Positions 24,201 through 36,558 of a DNA stretch of 64,000 nt are shown piece by piece. The notes beneath the pieces were generated by a model. That model saw nothing but the letters and a program-made list of their open reading frames with translations. It was not told the DNA's origin and searched no databases. Every line of letters starts with the position of its first letter. Within the stretch, counting starts at the first letter, position 1. The translations under genes and the position numbers were made by a program. The DNA lies in the sequence record PQ390715.1; one strand, 5' to 3'.

Positions 24201-25224
24201 TAGTAATAGACACAGCACATAAGATGAATGCAACAAACACCTCAAACATAAACTTAATCGTTTCCATTATTATCCTTCAATGTGTAGTGTAGTACATCTA
24301 AAAAGTTATACATTGATTCATTACGCACAACCTTGATTGTTAAATTACGACAACCCAACATACGTTTGAGGCGACGCTTCACCGCAGTTAAATCATGTGT
24401 ACTATTCGTATACAGACCATTAACCTGACCTGGAACAGTTGGCACATGAAGAATGTAATCATAATTCATTAGTAAGCGTTGATTATATTTCTTTAATGCT
24501 TGCTTGTATTCTGAAATATTTTCAAAGAATGTACAATAACGGTCGTAACGATTCATTTTATTCAAAATTGAAATACGAAAAGCGTTACCACTATTCCAAT
24601 CATCTTCAGTTGGGTTTGGGTTGATATGTGCCATGTTAGCTGTACTGTACCCACCACTTGTAAAAACTTCAGAATATCCATTCTCAAAAACATACAATGT
24701 TGCTTTGTGGCCTCTGAATTCTTTACGGTACTTTGACAGTACTTGAATGTGATTACGCTTGGACTTGTACATCTCGTAACCTTCATAATCTGAACTGAAT
24801 TCACAAATTTTATCAACACCAGCCATTTCGTATATCCTCGTTTAATTAATATAGGAGTATTATATATACTCCATTTTCATGTGTCAAGCTTTATAATACG
24901 GAAGACTTTTTACTAAAGATTCAGACGTATTATTTTTTACCCATGTACTACCGTTATCATTAGATACGTATCCAGTACCATTAATAAATTTACGCATAAT
25001 ACCAGTAAAAATATTAGTATACACCATTACTCAGTATCCTTTGGTTTAGAATGTAAACCATACTTTTCATCATAACGATCATAGGTAGTACCATTAGTAC
25101 TAGCTTTGATGCTTTCAGTACGATTGATTGGTTCAATCTTAACACCACGATAACCAATCTCTTCTTTAAATTGTTCCCATGATTCACGTAGACTCATTTT
25201 AGCCCCTTTTGTTATTTCATACAC
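21205..25224 (-). other. run of hypothetical genes (21205-21495, 21495-22001, 22067-22276, 22392-22751, 22681-22950, 22950-23240, 23237-24073, 24070-24267, 24254-24826, 25027-25224)
   Basis: Packed co-oriented ORFs; TTGACA-17-TATAAT promoter near 24860-24888. Confidence 0.75.
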
Positions 25225-25357
25225 TCACGTAGGTCAATCTTTTCTACTGACCCACCGAGCACTAGATAGTGAAAATTAGAATCTTTGTTTGCCATATTCA
25301 AAAGATCTGCTTTCTGTTGAAGCGTAAAGCGTGAAGTACTGTTACGTACTGGCATAG

Positions 25358-25801
25358 TTACTCCTTAAAGTAGATATCACGAATTTGTTTAATCATCTCT
25401 AACTCTTGAAGTCCTATCATACCAAAGTCTTCTTGTATTGTCAACTGCTGAAAGTACATTTCTTCTAAATTATTGTACGGGATCTCAACAAGATTCAAAG
25501 GCTCACTTTCCACACGATAAATTGTATCTTGTACATCATGTTTTTCGATATGAATACTAAATGTATCTTTTTGAATTCTAAATTTATAAAATGTTTGATT
25601 TGTTGTAAACAAACCAACTTTAGGATGGAATCCCATTTGAATACACAAACAATCTTCATCCTTATATTTCAAGTATATAGCTTTTGACGTTGCTAGTACT
25701 TTAGATTTTGGGAAATAAAAATCACCCATCAGCTTCTGACGTTTCCAGTCCTCATATACAACTGGATGCTTAACCTTCTTCAATTGGTGCAGTACTGTCA
25801 T
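25358..25801 (-). CDS. EExxFQ-motif family protein
   Basis: LEEMYFQQLTIQEDFGMIG. Confidence 0.75.
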   Translation of the reverse strand: MTVLHQLKKVKHPVVYEDWKRQKLMGDFYFPKSKVLATSKAIYLKYKDEDCLCIQMGFHPKVGLFTTNQTFYKFRIQKDTFSIHIEKHDVQDTIYRVESEPLNLVEIPYNNLEEMYFQQLTIQEDFGMIGLQELEMIKQIRDIYFKE

Positions 25802-26181
25802 AGTTTTTTCCAGTCCAATGAATCGAAATCGATTTGTTCAGGATTATCAACAGCGACAACTCGTGCATTATGAAGAGTTTCAAAGTAGCCGTTCCACGGT
25901 GTACGTACTGGGATTTTTTCATCTCCAATTTTTACAAAGAAAGAGAATTCACATGACATTGGATCAAACCATTCTTTATGTTTGGCTTCATCGATTATTG
26001 TAGCACGTTCGTTACTATATGCATCATCGAGTTTCTTAAAGAATACCCAATGCTCTTTCAAAGACTGTAATGCTACAACTGCCTCATCCTTTGATTCCCA
26101 TTGAACATCCAATGTATTGGTAACTGAATCTTCAGTTTCAGTGTCCCCTGTAGTGTAATGTACTTCAATGCAGTATTTCAT
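25798..26181 (-). CDS. hypothetical protein
   Basis: Coupled ORF. Confidence 0.7.
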   Translation of the reverse strand: MKYCIEVHYTTGDTETEDSVTNTLDVQWESKDEAVVALQSLKEHWVFFKKLDDAYSNERATIIDEAKHKEWFDPMSCEFSFFVKIGDEKIPVRTPWNGYFETLHNARVVAVDNPEQIDFDSLDWKKL

Positions 26182-26636
26182 TATTCATCACCTTTTAGTA
26201 ATTTACAAATTTCAATCATATGATAATAACATGTATTCCAAAATTGTCCATTAGTACTTCCAACATCATGCACAGTACTTTGTTGGAAAACATATTCATC
26301 GTTGAACATCATTTTAATATCATCAATGTAAAATTCTGGTTTTGAATCATTATTGTATTCAATACTCGTTTCACCATCTGGATCAAGTGAAATTGATGAT
26401 ATGTCGTGAATTCCTCTCGGATTTGTTGGATAAATTCTCAACGTAAGAGGATAGAAGTCTGGATCGGTTTCATAAGTATATTCGATTATGTAATAACCAT
26501 CACCAGTAATTGATTGATATTTAAATGTAGTTTCAATTGAATTTGAGATGTTAAATCCCAGTTTCTTTATCTCATGTAGATGTGATAATATTTTATGTAA
26601 AGATCCTAAAACATGAATCAAATTATCAATTTTCAT
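26181..26636 (-). CDS. EExxFQ-motif family protein
   Basis: NDEYVFQQSTVHDVGS. Confidence 0.75.
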   Translation of the reverse strand: MKIDNLIHVLGSLHKILSHLHEIKKLGFNISNSIETTFKYQSITGDGYYIIEYTYETDPDFYPLTLRIYPTNPRGIHDISSISLDPDGETSIEYNNDSKPEFYIDDIKMMFNDEYVFQQSTVHDVGSTNGQFWNTCYYHMIEICKLLKGDE

Positions 26637-27175
26637 TTACGATCCTTTGAAAAGTTCAGTTTAAAAGTTTTACCAAATTCCATTGTAGCTTTACCCAGAT
26701 TGTTAATATTTTCTTTCAACATTTCTTGCATCTTCCTAATACTTTCAATCCAGGCTTCTTCTTCGATACGAAGAATTGGTCGCAATCGTTCCTGAATATC
26801 GTTAAAACGTGTATTGAGTTCAACCAATGATTCATATGTGAAATCTTTCATATCGATAATAGTACTTCTTTGAAAGAATTCTTCTTCAGACAAATTACTT
26901 AAAATGATTTTATCACGACCAATAGATAATGTCAATTCATCATCTTTATTTTTTTTAATTACAATACTAACAGGTGTTTTTAATGTAATGCAAATATCAT
27001 GATTATTAAATGTTTCAGTTTGGTTTGACATTCTGAATTGAAGTTTCCCAGATAAAGCATGTACTGGTGATGGTTTCTTTTTACCAGTAATAACATCTTC
27101 CCATGAATCGAGAATATTATTAATAATTTTAACATAAGGAATTGGCATATATGCACCTATGAAAAATCCACGCAA
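26633..27175 (-). CDS. EExxFQ-motif family protein
   Basis: SEEEFFQRSTIIDMKDFT. Confidence 0.75.
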   Translation of the reverse strand: MRGFFIGAYMPIPYVKIINNILDSWEDVITGKKKPSPVHALSGKLQFRMSNQTETFNNHDICITLKTPVSIVIKKNKDDELTLSIGRDKIILSNLSEEEFFQRSTIIDMKDFTYESLVELNTRFNDIQERLRPILRIEEEAWIESIRKMQEMLKENINNLGKATMEFGKTFKLNFSKDRK

Positions 27176-27190
27176 TGCGTGGATTTGTAA

Positions 27191-27721
27191 TTATTCAAGT
27201 ATAGTAATTTCAATTAAACGAATTTCGATAAACTCGTTTTCAGTTTCCCATGACGTGCCAAATTTCTTTTCAAGTTCAGATTTCACATCACTTTTAAATT
27301 TTCCCATAGTATTAGGAATAATTTGTTTGGTTAATTTATCGTAACCACAATAAAACATAGGTTTCTCCCTTCGAGATATTAGCTGAACAAAATCTTTTGG
27401 ATATGCAGGTATGTTATGCATCACTTCATGAATACACTCAGTACTTGAATCTTGTACTTTGTACATTACATTAAGTTTACCTCTGAAATTTGCGGTCATA
27501 TCAACAATAGTTCCTTTACCCGATTTAAGTAAAGTTCCATTCTTTGAATGAGAGCAATAAAATACCTCATCACCAATATTAGGATAATACAAATTAAATT
27601 CTAATTCAGATTTTACAGCCAGCCGTTTGAAACTTTCTGTACGTTTTATATAAGTTTGGTATTTGTTTATGTTCAAAAGAATATCTCTCTTAGTAAATGT
27701 GATATAACTGGCATAGTCCAT
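27191..27721 (-). CDS. hypothetical protein
   Basis: ORF downstream of the methyltransferase. Confidence 0.7.
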   Translation of the reverse strand: MDYASYITFTKRDILLNINKYQTYIKRTESFKRLAVKSELEFNLYYPNIGDEVFYCSHSKNGTLLKSGKGTIVDMTANFRGKLNVMYKVQDSSTECIHEVMHNIPAYPKDFVQLISRREKPMFYCGYDKLTKQIIPNTMGKFKSDVKSELEKKFGTSWETENEFIEIRLIEITILE

Positions 27722-28533
27722 CCATTCCCAAGCATTTTGTATGCTTGTGTCTTACTAGACACTTTAAAGAAATCTTCAGGAACACCCTGTAATTTACAAC
27801 ATTCTACTACACTTAAGTGTCTATAGTCAATATTTCTTTTGCCATTCTCTAATAGATATTGACGACTGATCACTGGGTCACGAAACACCAATTGTCGTCT
27901 GGATTTATTAAAGTACTGGTTACAATCACCACCTTTAAAATAGTTAGCATCTATACAGTACGAAGCGGTTCTGTCAGTGTACCAACCATCTTCAATAATA
28001 TCTTGAAGTTTAGGTGCATTGGATAATGCAGGTGGTATAAAAAGCTTATCAGTACTGTACCAGTAATATCTCTGCCTGAAGTGAGGCGTATAATGCTGGG
28101 AGTTTATCAGTACTGGCGTGATTCCTAAAATACTATTAATGTATTCTTTGAAATCTTCCTTCATTTTAACATTTTCAAACAGAAATTTCAAGTTAGGATT
28201 GAGACTTTTGATATGATCAAAAATTTCAACCATTACTAAAAATAACTGCCCACGTATATCATTTAAACCACCCTGTTTACCTGCAACTGACCAGGCTTGG
28301 CATGGGAAACCACCCATTAATAAATCTATTTTGTCCCACTCAATATCCCATTCTCTCCACTTAGTTACATCACCCAATTGGATAATATCAGGAAAGTTAG
28401 ATTGAGATTCAGCTATTGCGTACTTATCAATTTCGGATGAATAATATTTTTCAACTGGGATACCAGCATCTTGCAATGCCATATATCCCACACTCATTCC
28501 ATTAAAAAGAGAAAGTACTCGGATAGGTTTCAT
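27673..28533 (-). CDS. DNA (cytosine-5)-methyltransferase
   Basis: Motif I LSLFNGMSVG, IV GGFPCQ, VI FENV, VIII RQR, X LGNGW. Confidence 0.92.
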   Translation of the reverse strand: MKPIRVLSLFNGMSVGYMALQDAGIPVEKYYSSEIDKYAIAESQSNFPDIIQLGDVTKWREWDIEWDKIDLLMGGFPCQAWSVAGKQGGLNDIRGQLFLVMVEIFDHIKSLNPNLKFLFENVKMKEDFKEYINSILGITPVLINSQHYTPHFRQRYYWYSTDKLFIPPALSNAPKLQDIIEDGWYTDRTASYCIDANYFKGGDCNQYFNKSRRQLVFRDPVISRQYLLENGKRNIDYRHLSVVECCKLQGVPEDFFKVSSKTQAYKMLGNGWTMPVISHLLREIFF

Positions 28534-28585
28534 ATAAAATCCTTTTTATATTGTTAAGGTACTATAATATATTATAGCATCTTAT

Positions 28586-29176
28586 TTAGAAATCTTCCAA
28601 ACTTTTTTCATCACACCATCGTGATGTACAGATGATTGCAGATGCCAGAATTGAAGCACTTGCACGTCCTCCACCGAGTAAGTACTGGCTAATTACGCCA
28701 ATCATATTGAACACTTTATCATACTCGGTTAGTTGTTCAAAACCTTTCTTCCAATGCTGATAGTCTTCTTCTGTGACATTAAACTCACCATCAAGTTCCT
28801 TTAAAATCTTTTTAAGCACAGCACTATGTTCACTCATCATCATCTCCATATCGTTCGTCATAAAAATCATCATCACGATCTAATGGTTCTTTTGGCTTTT
28901 CAGACATATATTTCCTCACATGGTAAAGGTATTATCACCATCCATATCTTCATCAGTTGCTTCAGCTAATGTCTTGATTGTAAGTAATCCACGCTTCACG
29001 TACAACATGAAGACCTTTTCATAATTACCAAACATAATCTCAGGTGACATGTAATTCTCTGTTACAATGACGATTGGACGGCCCTGTGAAAGCATACGAA
29101 ACATAGTACGATATTTGTCAAATGTGCGAAATTCATCCATGTTCATCATGTGGCGTTTACGAACTACTTTAGTCAT
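28586..29176 (-). other. hypothetical genes 28586-28836 and 28916-29176, with a 25-aa acidic ORF at 28830-28907 between them
   Basis: Small ORF MSEKPKEPLDRDDDFYDERYGDDDE has a GAGGA RBS and overlaps the next start. Confidence 0.6.
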
Positions 29177-29190
29177 CTTATTACCTTTAG

Positions 29191-31723
29191 TTAATTGAAC
29201 TCTACTTCTGGATAATGATTATAGAACATCTCACGAACTGCGTCAAGATGTTCTTGAAATTGTTTTATATCTTCTAATGATGGTGCATCAATAACAGTAC
29301 TAAGTTGAAACAACGATTCTTCTGTGTTATATAGTGACATATCAAATGAGTTATTGTTGTCATCAGTTATGATATTATCACAAATTTCGTAAGTGTCAAT
29401 ACAAACATCATCAAGTGTTGTATTATCATATACAGTGTATACGAATACAAAAATAAAAGAAGAATGTTCTTTACCATAACGCGGTGGGTCATATGTCACA
29501 TAGCATTTGTGGTCAAATGTATCGAGTTCCATAGACACCACCCCAGCTTCACGATATTCATTAGTTTCACTGGTAAGATCCGGTATTGATGTTATCGAAA
29601 GTAAGTGGAGAAATTTACTTGGATTTAGCATTTCACCACCATTGGATTTTGCGACTGTATATTAAAAAGGGATAATACAAAAGTACTCAATTTTTCGAAA
29701 CAATCTACTAATACATTTAACTCATCATAACTAACACCAATTTCACGAATAAGCGATTGTTGAAAGAATCCTTCTTCGGTTAACGTTAAACTACTAACCT
29801 CAGTTATGTTATAATAACTTTGGGATGTTGTGGTTGATATTAGTTGTATTGCAATCGTATCTGATGTTGTGTTGTACAGATATAAATATTTTGTTTTTCT
29901 TTCCAATGGATCTATACATGAAAGATCGATCATGTCATAGGTTTTTCCAATAAAAATATTACAATCATCTGACAATTCACAACAAATGCGTATATGTTCT
30001 TTCGGGTCATGAACACGTTGTGTGTCAAATTCACATGACATTGCAATTTCAAAATGATTTTTTATTTCGTCAACATTCATCTGCACCCACCATTAATTCT
30101 TATATTTGTATAGTTTAATGCTTTTTTAATAATACCAATTTCTGTAATTCCTATTACATTTTTCTCAATCAATGACAATTGGAATAGTTCCTCTTCGGAA
30201 ATATCAATACTGTGGATTCTTGTACAATAATCGTTGAAGTCATATACATATCGTATTGTATAGTCGTTTATAGAAACTGATACAATTGCAATCCCATCAT
30301 GGATGTAAGTTAGTTCATTTGAGTATCTATTAAAAATTAACCTATCTGGTGAACCTATTGGTAGTTGAAATGTATTTCTAGTATCTTGAACAATAACAAA
30401 ATCATCATCTATATTTCTACTCAGAACACCCAAAATATCATATATAGTAGTCATGTTATTCTTTACCTTCAGCAGTTCTGATAATTTTCATAACTTCTCT
30501 GGATAGTGCGTATATCTTTTTATAGTACTCAAATGTAACTGAACCAAAATCATTAATAGTACTAGCCATGAAGAACGATTCTTCTGTATATAGTTCATTT
30601 GACAAAGCAACCAGTTCTTGGTGAAATTTTGCGTCCTTCCAATAACGAAATTCAAAAACAAATTGTCCGTCATGACCGACTCTACAACATTCAGATCGAT
30701 CACTGTCTACACAGCTAAACACAATATCCCTTTCAGAGTCGTACCAGATATTTCCAATATTTGTTTCAATAACAGCATAATCAATTTTTGTAGAATTGGG
30801 AATTAAACCTTTTTTCACCAGCACTAAACTGGTATTATCAATATCTAGTAAACTTACCATATCAATTCCCCATTACTAAAGTGTTTTTAATCTCCAACAA
30901 TTCACTATACATCTTCTTGAATTGTAATATATCTTCAAAAGTAATACCACCAAGATCATCAACTAATGAACGTTGGAATAAAGATTCACTTGTTTGTAAT
31001 GTATCTAAATCGGTGATTTTTAATAAAGAACTTGGATTAAGTGTTTCGACTAGTAGTATGTTTTTGTATGGTACATATGTGATCTTGATGTTCTTTTTAT
31101 AATTAATCTTATAAAATCGCATAATTGACGATTCATCACTTAGTTGGATAATTGGGTCGTCTTGTTCATTAGACCACCATACAGTACTAGTCATATGATT
31201 GACGTGGTGGTTCAATTCTGATATGTCCAAATCTAAAAAATATTTTAGTTCATTGTGTAAATCTAAACTCATAAATTTATCCTCAATGCAGCATCATCAT
31301 GTATTGTAGGATAAACCCACAATAATGTCAAGATGTGAAATAATTATACCAGTAATATAGTTCTTTTAATTCTTCAGTACTGAACAATACTTCTTCTATT
31401 GTAGATTGTTGAAAGTGATATTCATCATTTAGATACATAGAAATATTACTATATACTTTCCTATTGTATTGACATAAAAAAGAAGTTTTTTGATTAATGT
31501 ATTCAGTAAATGTTAATTTATCTAACTCAATATCGAATGATAATTTAATAATATGACTATTATCATTTACATACATTAGTTTCTTTGAAAAATGATCAAT
31601 TGTAATATATTCTTTATGAGAGAACTGAAATATATTATTAAATTTATTACCATTTGTGCTTCTAAATTTTTCAAGGTAATAAGAAAGTGGTTTAATTATT
31701 GAAGTTCCAATATTGTTCTTCAT
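29191..31723 (-). other. tandem array of six EExxFQ-motif genes (29191-29631, 29625-30086, 30077-30454, 30456-30860, 30862-31272, 31328-31723)
   Basis: TEESLFQLSTVID, TEEGFFQQSLIRE, SEEELFQLSLIEK, TEESFFMASTIND, TSESLFQRSLVDD, NDEYHFQQSTIEE. Confidence 0.85.
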
Positions 31724-31883
31724 ATATCCTCAATTTTAGATAAGAAAAATGCCCCGAAGATCGGGGCAGTACTAAAATGATTTTGTACCAAAAGGGGAAT
31801 AAGAACAAAATGAAAATATAATAACGCATCATTATTATGTAAGGGAGGAAAGTAACATGATATGTTAACCATTTCTGGTATAT

Positions 31884-32435
31884 TTATTTATCATTTAATT
31901 CTTTAAGTTGGGTTTGTATATCTTTAGTTATATTTCGAATTTTCTTAAAGCAATAAACACTATCGTCCAATTCGATTTTAAGTTCATGTGTAAATGCATA
32001 CAGAAGTTCAGCAAATACTAAATCTTGACGCATCCAGTTTCCATCTTTATATAAAGTCATTACACAATATGGGCATTCACTATTAGAAGTTTGCTTTCCA
32101 ATAAAAACACTTTGAATTGATTCATGCTTAAAGCCAATAAAACTTTCATTTATTTTTTTAATTTCAGTACTGATATCGAATTTAGCACTGGTGTTGATTG
32201 CAAAAATTTTATTTCCACTTTCATCAGTATTGATGTTGAGTTCAATATCACTACCTAGTTTACGTACTGCTAGAGTATAAAGAAGTAATTCATACATGTC
32301 GTAACTTGTTACATTACCATTTGGTGCAATTACATCAACACTAACACCGTGCATTTTTACTTCTGTATTAAATCCATCTTTATCAGAAAGAAAATCAGTG
32401 ATTTGCTTTGTAAGGATTTTAATTTGGTCTATCAT
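31884..32435 (-). CDS. hypothetical protein
   Basis: ORF between terminators. Confidence 0.7.
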   Translation of the reverse strand: MIDQIKILTKQITDFLSDKDGFNTEVKMHGVSVDVIAPNGNVTSYDMYELLLYTLAVRKLGSDIELNINTDESGNKIFAINTSAKFDISTEIKKINESFIGFKHESIQSVFIGKQTSNSECPYCVMTLYKDGNWMRQDLVFAELLYAFTHELKIELDDSVYCFKKIRNITKDIQTQLKELNDK

Positions 32436-32488
32436 ATTTCATTTCCTTATGTGATAAAAGCCTCCATAATGGAGGCTTTTGTATTTAC

Positions 32489-32917
32489 TTAGAGAGATTC
32501 TTCGTATTCAGCAACAATCTCAACCATTTCATTAATGAACTTGATGTGAGAATGTGTCACTGTACGGAAGTCGTAAACAAGTGACTGTTGGAAAAATACA
32601 TCTTCATCAAGAGAACCATCAAAGTTCAAATCAATGTTTTCATCGTCATTGCTTGGTGCAACTTTAATATTCAGAAGATTTTCATCAACTGCAAGTTTTA
32701 CAACACAACCCAGTGCAATGGCAAGAACATATGCTGGTTTCTTAGCTTTTTCATTACGGAATGGTGCACGTAGAGCACAAAAAGTACTGCTAATCTCATC
32801 ATTTGGTTCTTTGTATTTAACATTGACCATTAGTTCTTCGATTTTGACGCTCTCAATAACACGACCAGTTTCTGGAGCGAAGAAAGAATGTTCACGGATA
32901 GTTTGTTCGATATTCAT
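32489..32917 (-). CDS. EExxFQ-motif family protein
   Basis: DEDVFFQQSLVYDFRTVT. Confidence 0.75.
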   Translation of the reverse strand: MNIEQTIREHSFFAPETGRVIESVKIEELMVNVKYKEPNDEISSTFCALRAPFRNEKAKKPAYVLAIALGCVVKLAVDENLLNIKVAPSNDDENIDLNFDGSLDEDVFFQQSLVYDFRTVTHSHIKFINEMVEIVAEYEESL

Positions 32918-32920
32918 ATA

Positions 32921-34515
32921 TTATTCCTTATTTAGATTGCTAAAAATACGAAGATTGCGGTTTGCTTTAAACTGTTTCAAATCACCAAATCTATCATCAA
33001 CGATGAAAGTTGCTGATTTCTTTGACTGACATATTGTACAAATCAACATACCTTGTATTGTATACTCAGTTGAGCAATTTGTACAGTACTTTTTTTCATA
33101 AAGTTCAGTACTCATAAAACCTTCACATCAGTACGTTTTTCTCTTTGTTCTTTTTTAACCTCATCAGTTCTAGTATCTTCTAATTGTAACACAACTTCTT
33201 TTAGAATGTCAACATCAATTGTTGCTTCTACATATTGATAGTCGTTTACACCAAAAACATACTTTACTGCAACCCATACACGGTTATACCATTTTAAAAA
33301 AGGATTTAAACGCATACTTATCAGACATTGACCAAGTTTATCATCTCCATATTCCTCTGTCAAGTCAAATTGTGCAATGTGAACGCAATGCTCCATTTTA
33401 TCGCCACAAGAACAACGTAAAATATACTCTTTACTATCTTCACTCATACTGGATAAGCCTTTAAAAATTGTTTAAGAACTCCAAACTTAGATGAATCGTA
33501 ATCGTATTGATAGTTAAGCTCTCGCTTATCATTCATACGATACACCATATGAAAATTTGGATAACCAATTCTAACAGGTTTTTTAGGATTAGCAAGTAAA
33601 ATTGCCCATTCTTTTACAGGAAATACGTTTTCAGACAGCATTTTGATATTTGTTTCAAAATACTTCATGGCTTGCTTTCCGTGCTTGTAATCTTCTTCAC
33701 TAATCTCTTGACAATCAATTCTATGTGTTTCGGTATCTAACACCCATTGTTGATCTTCGGTATATAAATCAATTACATCATCAATAGTATAACTATCAGG
33801 TAAATCATAAAATACCCAATGAGATAAACCAGAACTTACACCAATTCGAATTTTAAAGAACTTCATTCTTTATCACCTTTTACATAATTATAACACACGA
33901 CACAGTGAATTACAAGAAGAATTATTTCCACAATGTTAAGAGACAATACATGACTCTGCGGTGTGAAAAGTGCCAATAACAACATTATAGCAGGTATTGT
34001 GAATATTTTCCAAGTTTTTTTCATTTTATTCCTTTGTATATGCATATGGTAAAAATAAAACCTCTGCATTAGGAATGCATTGTGCCAATCCTTCAACAAT
34101 AGATTTGTTTTTATTACATTGCCAAACTTTAGTAATTTTATGTCTAAATACTTTTTTATCAACGACAATCCAGTACATGTCCATTTTAACAGTACTGTTA
34201 TCAGATGGTGTTAGTAAAGTATCGATGTCATATGTATCAAAGATTTTGTCGTTCATATAATCTCCTAATAAAATATTCTCGATTCTCTCTTATATACCCA
34301 GATACACAGTTAGTTGTGGCTTGGTTAGTGAATGAAATCTCACTATTGGACACGCCATTTGCATCACACAAAGGACATATTCCCATGTACTTGGGGGTCG
34401 GGTAGGTGTCCAATTTGTATTTTTCATTACACACCATGTACTGCTGTGGCAATACATCTAATATTATTTCATATTCTTCATCAAACACCTTGAAGCATAC
34501 CCAACATTTACCCAT
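32921..34515 (-). other. run of small hypothetical genes incl. Cys-rich zinc-finger-like 32921-33115 and 34237-34515
   Basis: CTNC..CTIC and CPLC motifs; coupled ORFs. Confidence 0.65.
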
Positions 34516-34999
34516 TATAGTTTTCCTTTAACACCGTTCTTATATATTCGAATGTTTTAACAAACCAATCATGTTCGTCGGATACATCTACAACTTTACC
34601 ACCATATACATAGTAATGGTAAAAAGGTAACTTGCTTTTTCTTAATCTTTCGGCTAACTCTGGATTTTGAATTATCTTAGCACAAATAGCATCTTGAATA
34701 ATAGAAATACAATCATCCGTCATTTCAATTCGATCATGCATATATTTGTTAGCGGCTGCTTTTGCTGCTGCACCAGATACTTTTCTAAGGTCATCATGTT
34801 TTTGCCCAGTTAAAAACCAAAAGTAAAATGTTTCAACTGAAGGGAACCAACCATATGGTTCAAGTGTGAAGCTATGCGAAGAAAAGTTAGATAGATCTCT
34901 ACCTAACTTAGTTCTAGCTTTACTATAAATGTTAATGTGTCGGTATCCATCATCAGTAGGGTCAATAAAGTCAAATGACTCTTCTGGGAACTCAAACAT
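34508..34999 (-). CDS. NADAR/YbiA-like protein
   Basis: LSNFSSHSF..FPSVETFY..A(K)AK..KI.QNPELAERL pattern resembles NADAR family. Confidence 0.5.
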   Translation of the reverse strand: MFEFPEESFDFIDPTDDGYRHINIYSKARTKLGRDLSNFSSHSFTLEPYGWFPSVETFYFWFLTGQKHDDLRKVSGAAAKAAANKYMHDRIEMTDDCISIIQDAICAKIIQNPELAERLRKSKLPFYHYYVYGGKVVDVSDEHDWFVKTFEYIRTVLKENYNG

Positions 35000-35001
35000 A
35001 A

Positions 35002-36510
35002 TTATTCTTCTTCTCCTGAAGGAGTTCCACGTAGTTTGTCAAAATCAACCCAAATACCATGCTGATTTTTAAATCTACATTTCTCATAGTACCAGCTATA
35101 GTCAGTTTCAACACCTTGTGATATAGATCTAACACTACAATCATACATATTATATAAATGATCCCTGACAATATACGTATTAATCAGAATAACAAACAAT
35201 ACAATAATACCACAGACTTTAGGATGATCCATAATCAAATCTAGAACGGAACTCGTTTCAGTACTGTCAATTTTACTACGACCGATGGCAACAGCTTTCA
35301 GTACTGCTAATGATACCAGTAATGAAATAACAAGAACACTCAAATAAATTAGCATAATTAGACTCCTACACCAAAACGTAAAAGGATGTTATTAACAAAC
35401 ACAAAATCAAATGGAGACTTTGGTTCAGATACCGAGTACTGAAAAGTTTCAGCGGAGAAACTTTCCCTATTGTGCCATGTTGATGAATCGATTAGTAATT
35501 GTTTATCACCAATTGACGTTGAATGTAATGGAACGTGTGCTGATGAATTTATGGAATACGCATTTAGTTTTCCTTGTTCATCTAATGTGATACTAAGATA
35601 ATATTTTTTCTCAATATCAGGAATAAGTTCTTTTGTATACGAATAGATTGAATCAACCCATTCATCATGTACATTTTCTGCACCAATCAGGTGTCCGAAT
35701 GATAAATTACGTTTAACTGGCTTTGATCCTGGTCGAGTTAGAATGAATTGTTTTGTTAAGTAAAAATTATTATGTTTTACTTCAATATTAACATTTTTAA
35801 AATTCACCACTTTATCATATACATTTCGAAAAACTGTTATATCCCAAGTACTAATTTCATCCATAATACTTATCACCAGTTCTTCTAGTTCTTGTATAAA
35901 TGGCAAATCATCTTGATGAAATCTAGTCATGGTTTTCATATACCTTTTTCAAATTCATAATTTCAAGAATGCTGTATTCTTTATCACCAATCAAATCTTC
36001 AGTGAATGCAGTGGGGTCGGCATCGCTATACAACTTACCATTGATGATAACACAACCATTACTAAGATACAATGCACTCATGATCTGTTGTCCTTCTTTC
36101 ACATTTTGTGCTAGACCTGTATTTGTTACTACAAATCCATTTGTTGCTAATGATGATGTTAGTTCTGACCATTCAACTGATATTAAGTCGCGATAGTCCT
36201 TAGATACTTTTATATTCACAATACAAGCAACTCGTTTAATAGGTGGAGTGCTAATCGTGTACATTTGTGGTTGTTGGTAATTAGAGTTGTATGTTTGTGG
36301 TGTTTTAACAGCAGTTCCTGAATTTTGAGTTGATTTGGTAATTACTGGTTCTACACTGGGGACTGTTGTTCTTAGTGATATAATACGTCCAGTTTCATCC
36401 AATTTAAGGACTAAACGATGAGTTTCATCCTCAGAGTAATAGGGAAACAAGCCACCGGAATTCATATTTTGAAGCATTTTAATTAATTCATAAGTATTTT
36501 TTAAAAACAT
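35002..36510 (-). other. three hypothetical genes (35002-35355 TM, 35358-35939, 35923-36510)
   Basis: Coupled ORFs; terminator hairpin GGGAGTAC/GTACTCCC at ~36530-36550 upstream. Confidence 0.7.
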
Positions 36511-36558
36511 AGTACACCCCATAGAAAAGGGGGAGTACAAAGTACTCCCAACATTTAA

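Noticed and set aside
24887-25027. 47-aa ORF with Asp-box-like SNDNGSTW
   Set aside because: A single motif in a tiny ORF cannot form a propeller; may be a real small gene but no functional claim is supportable.
35923-36540. Annotated start at 36540 for this ORF
   Set aside because: It overlaps the upstream terminator hairpin; the real start is probably MFLKNT (~36510) or later.
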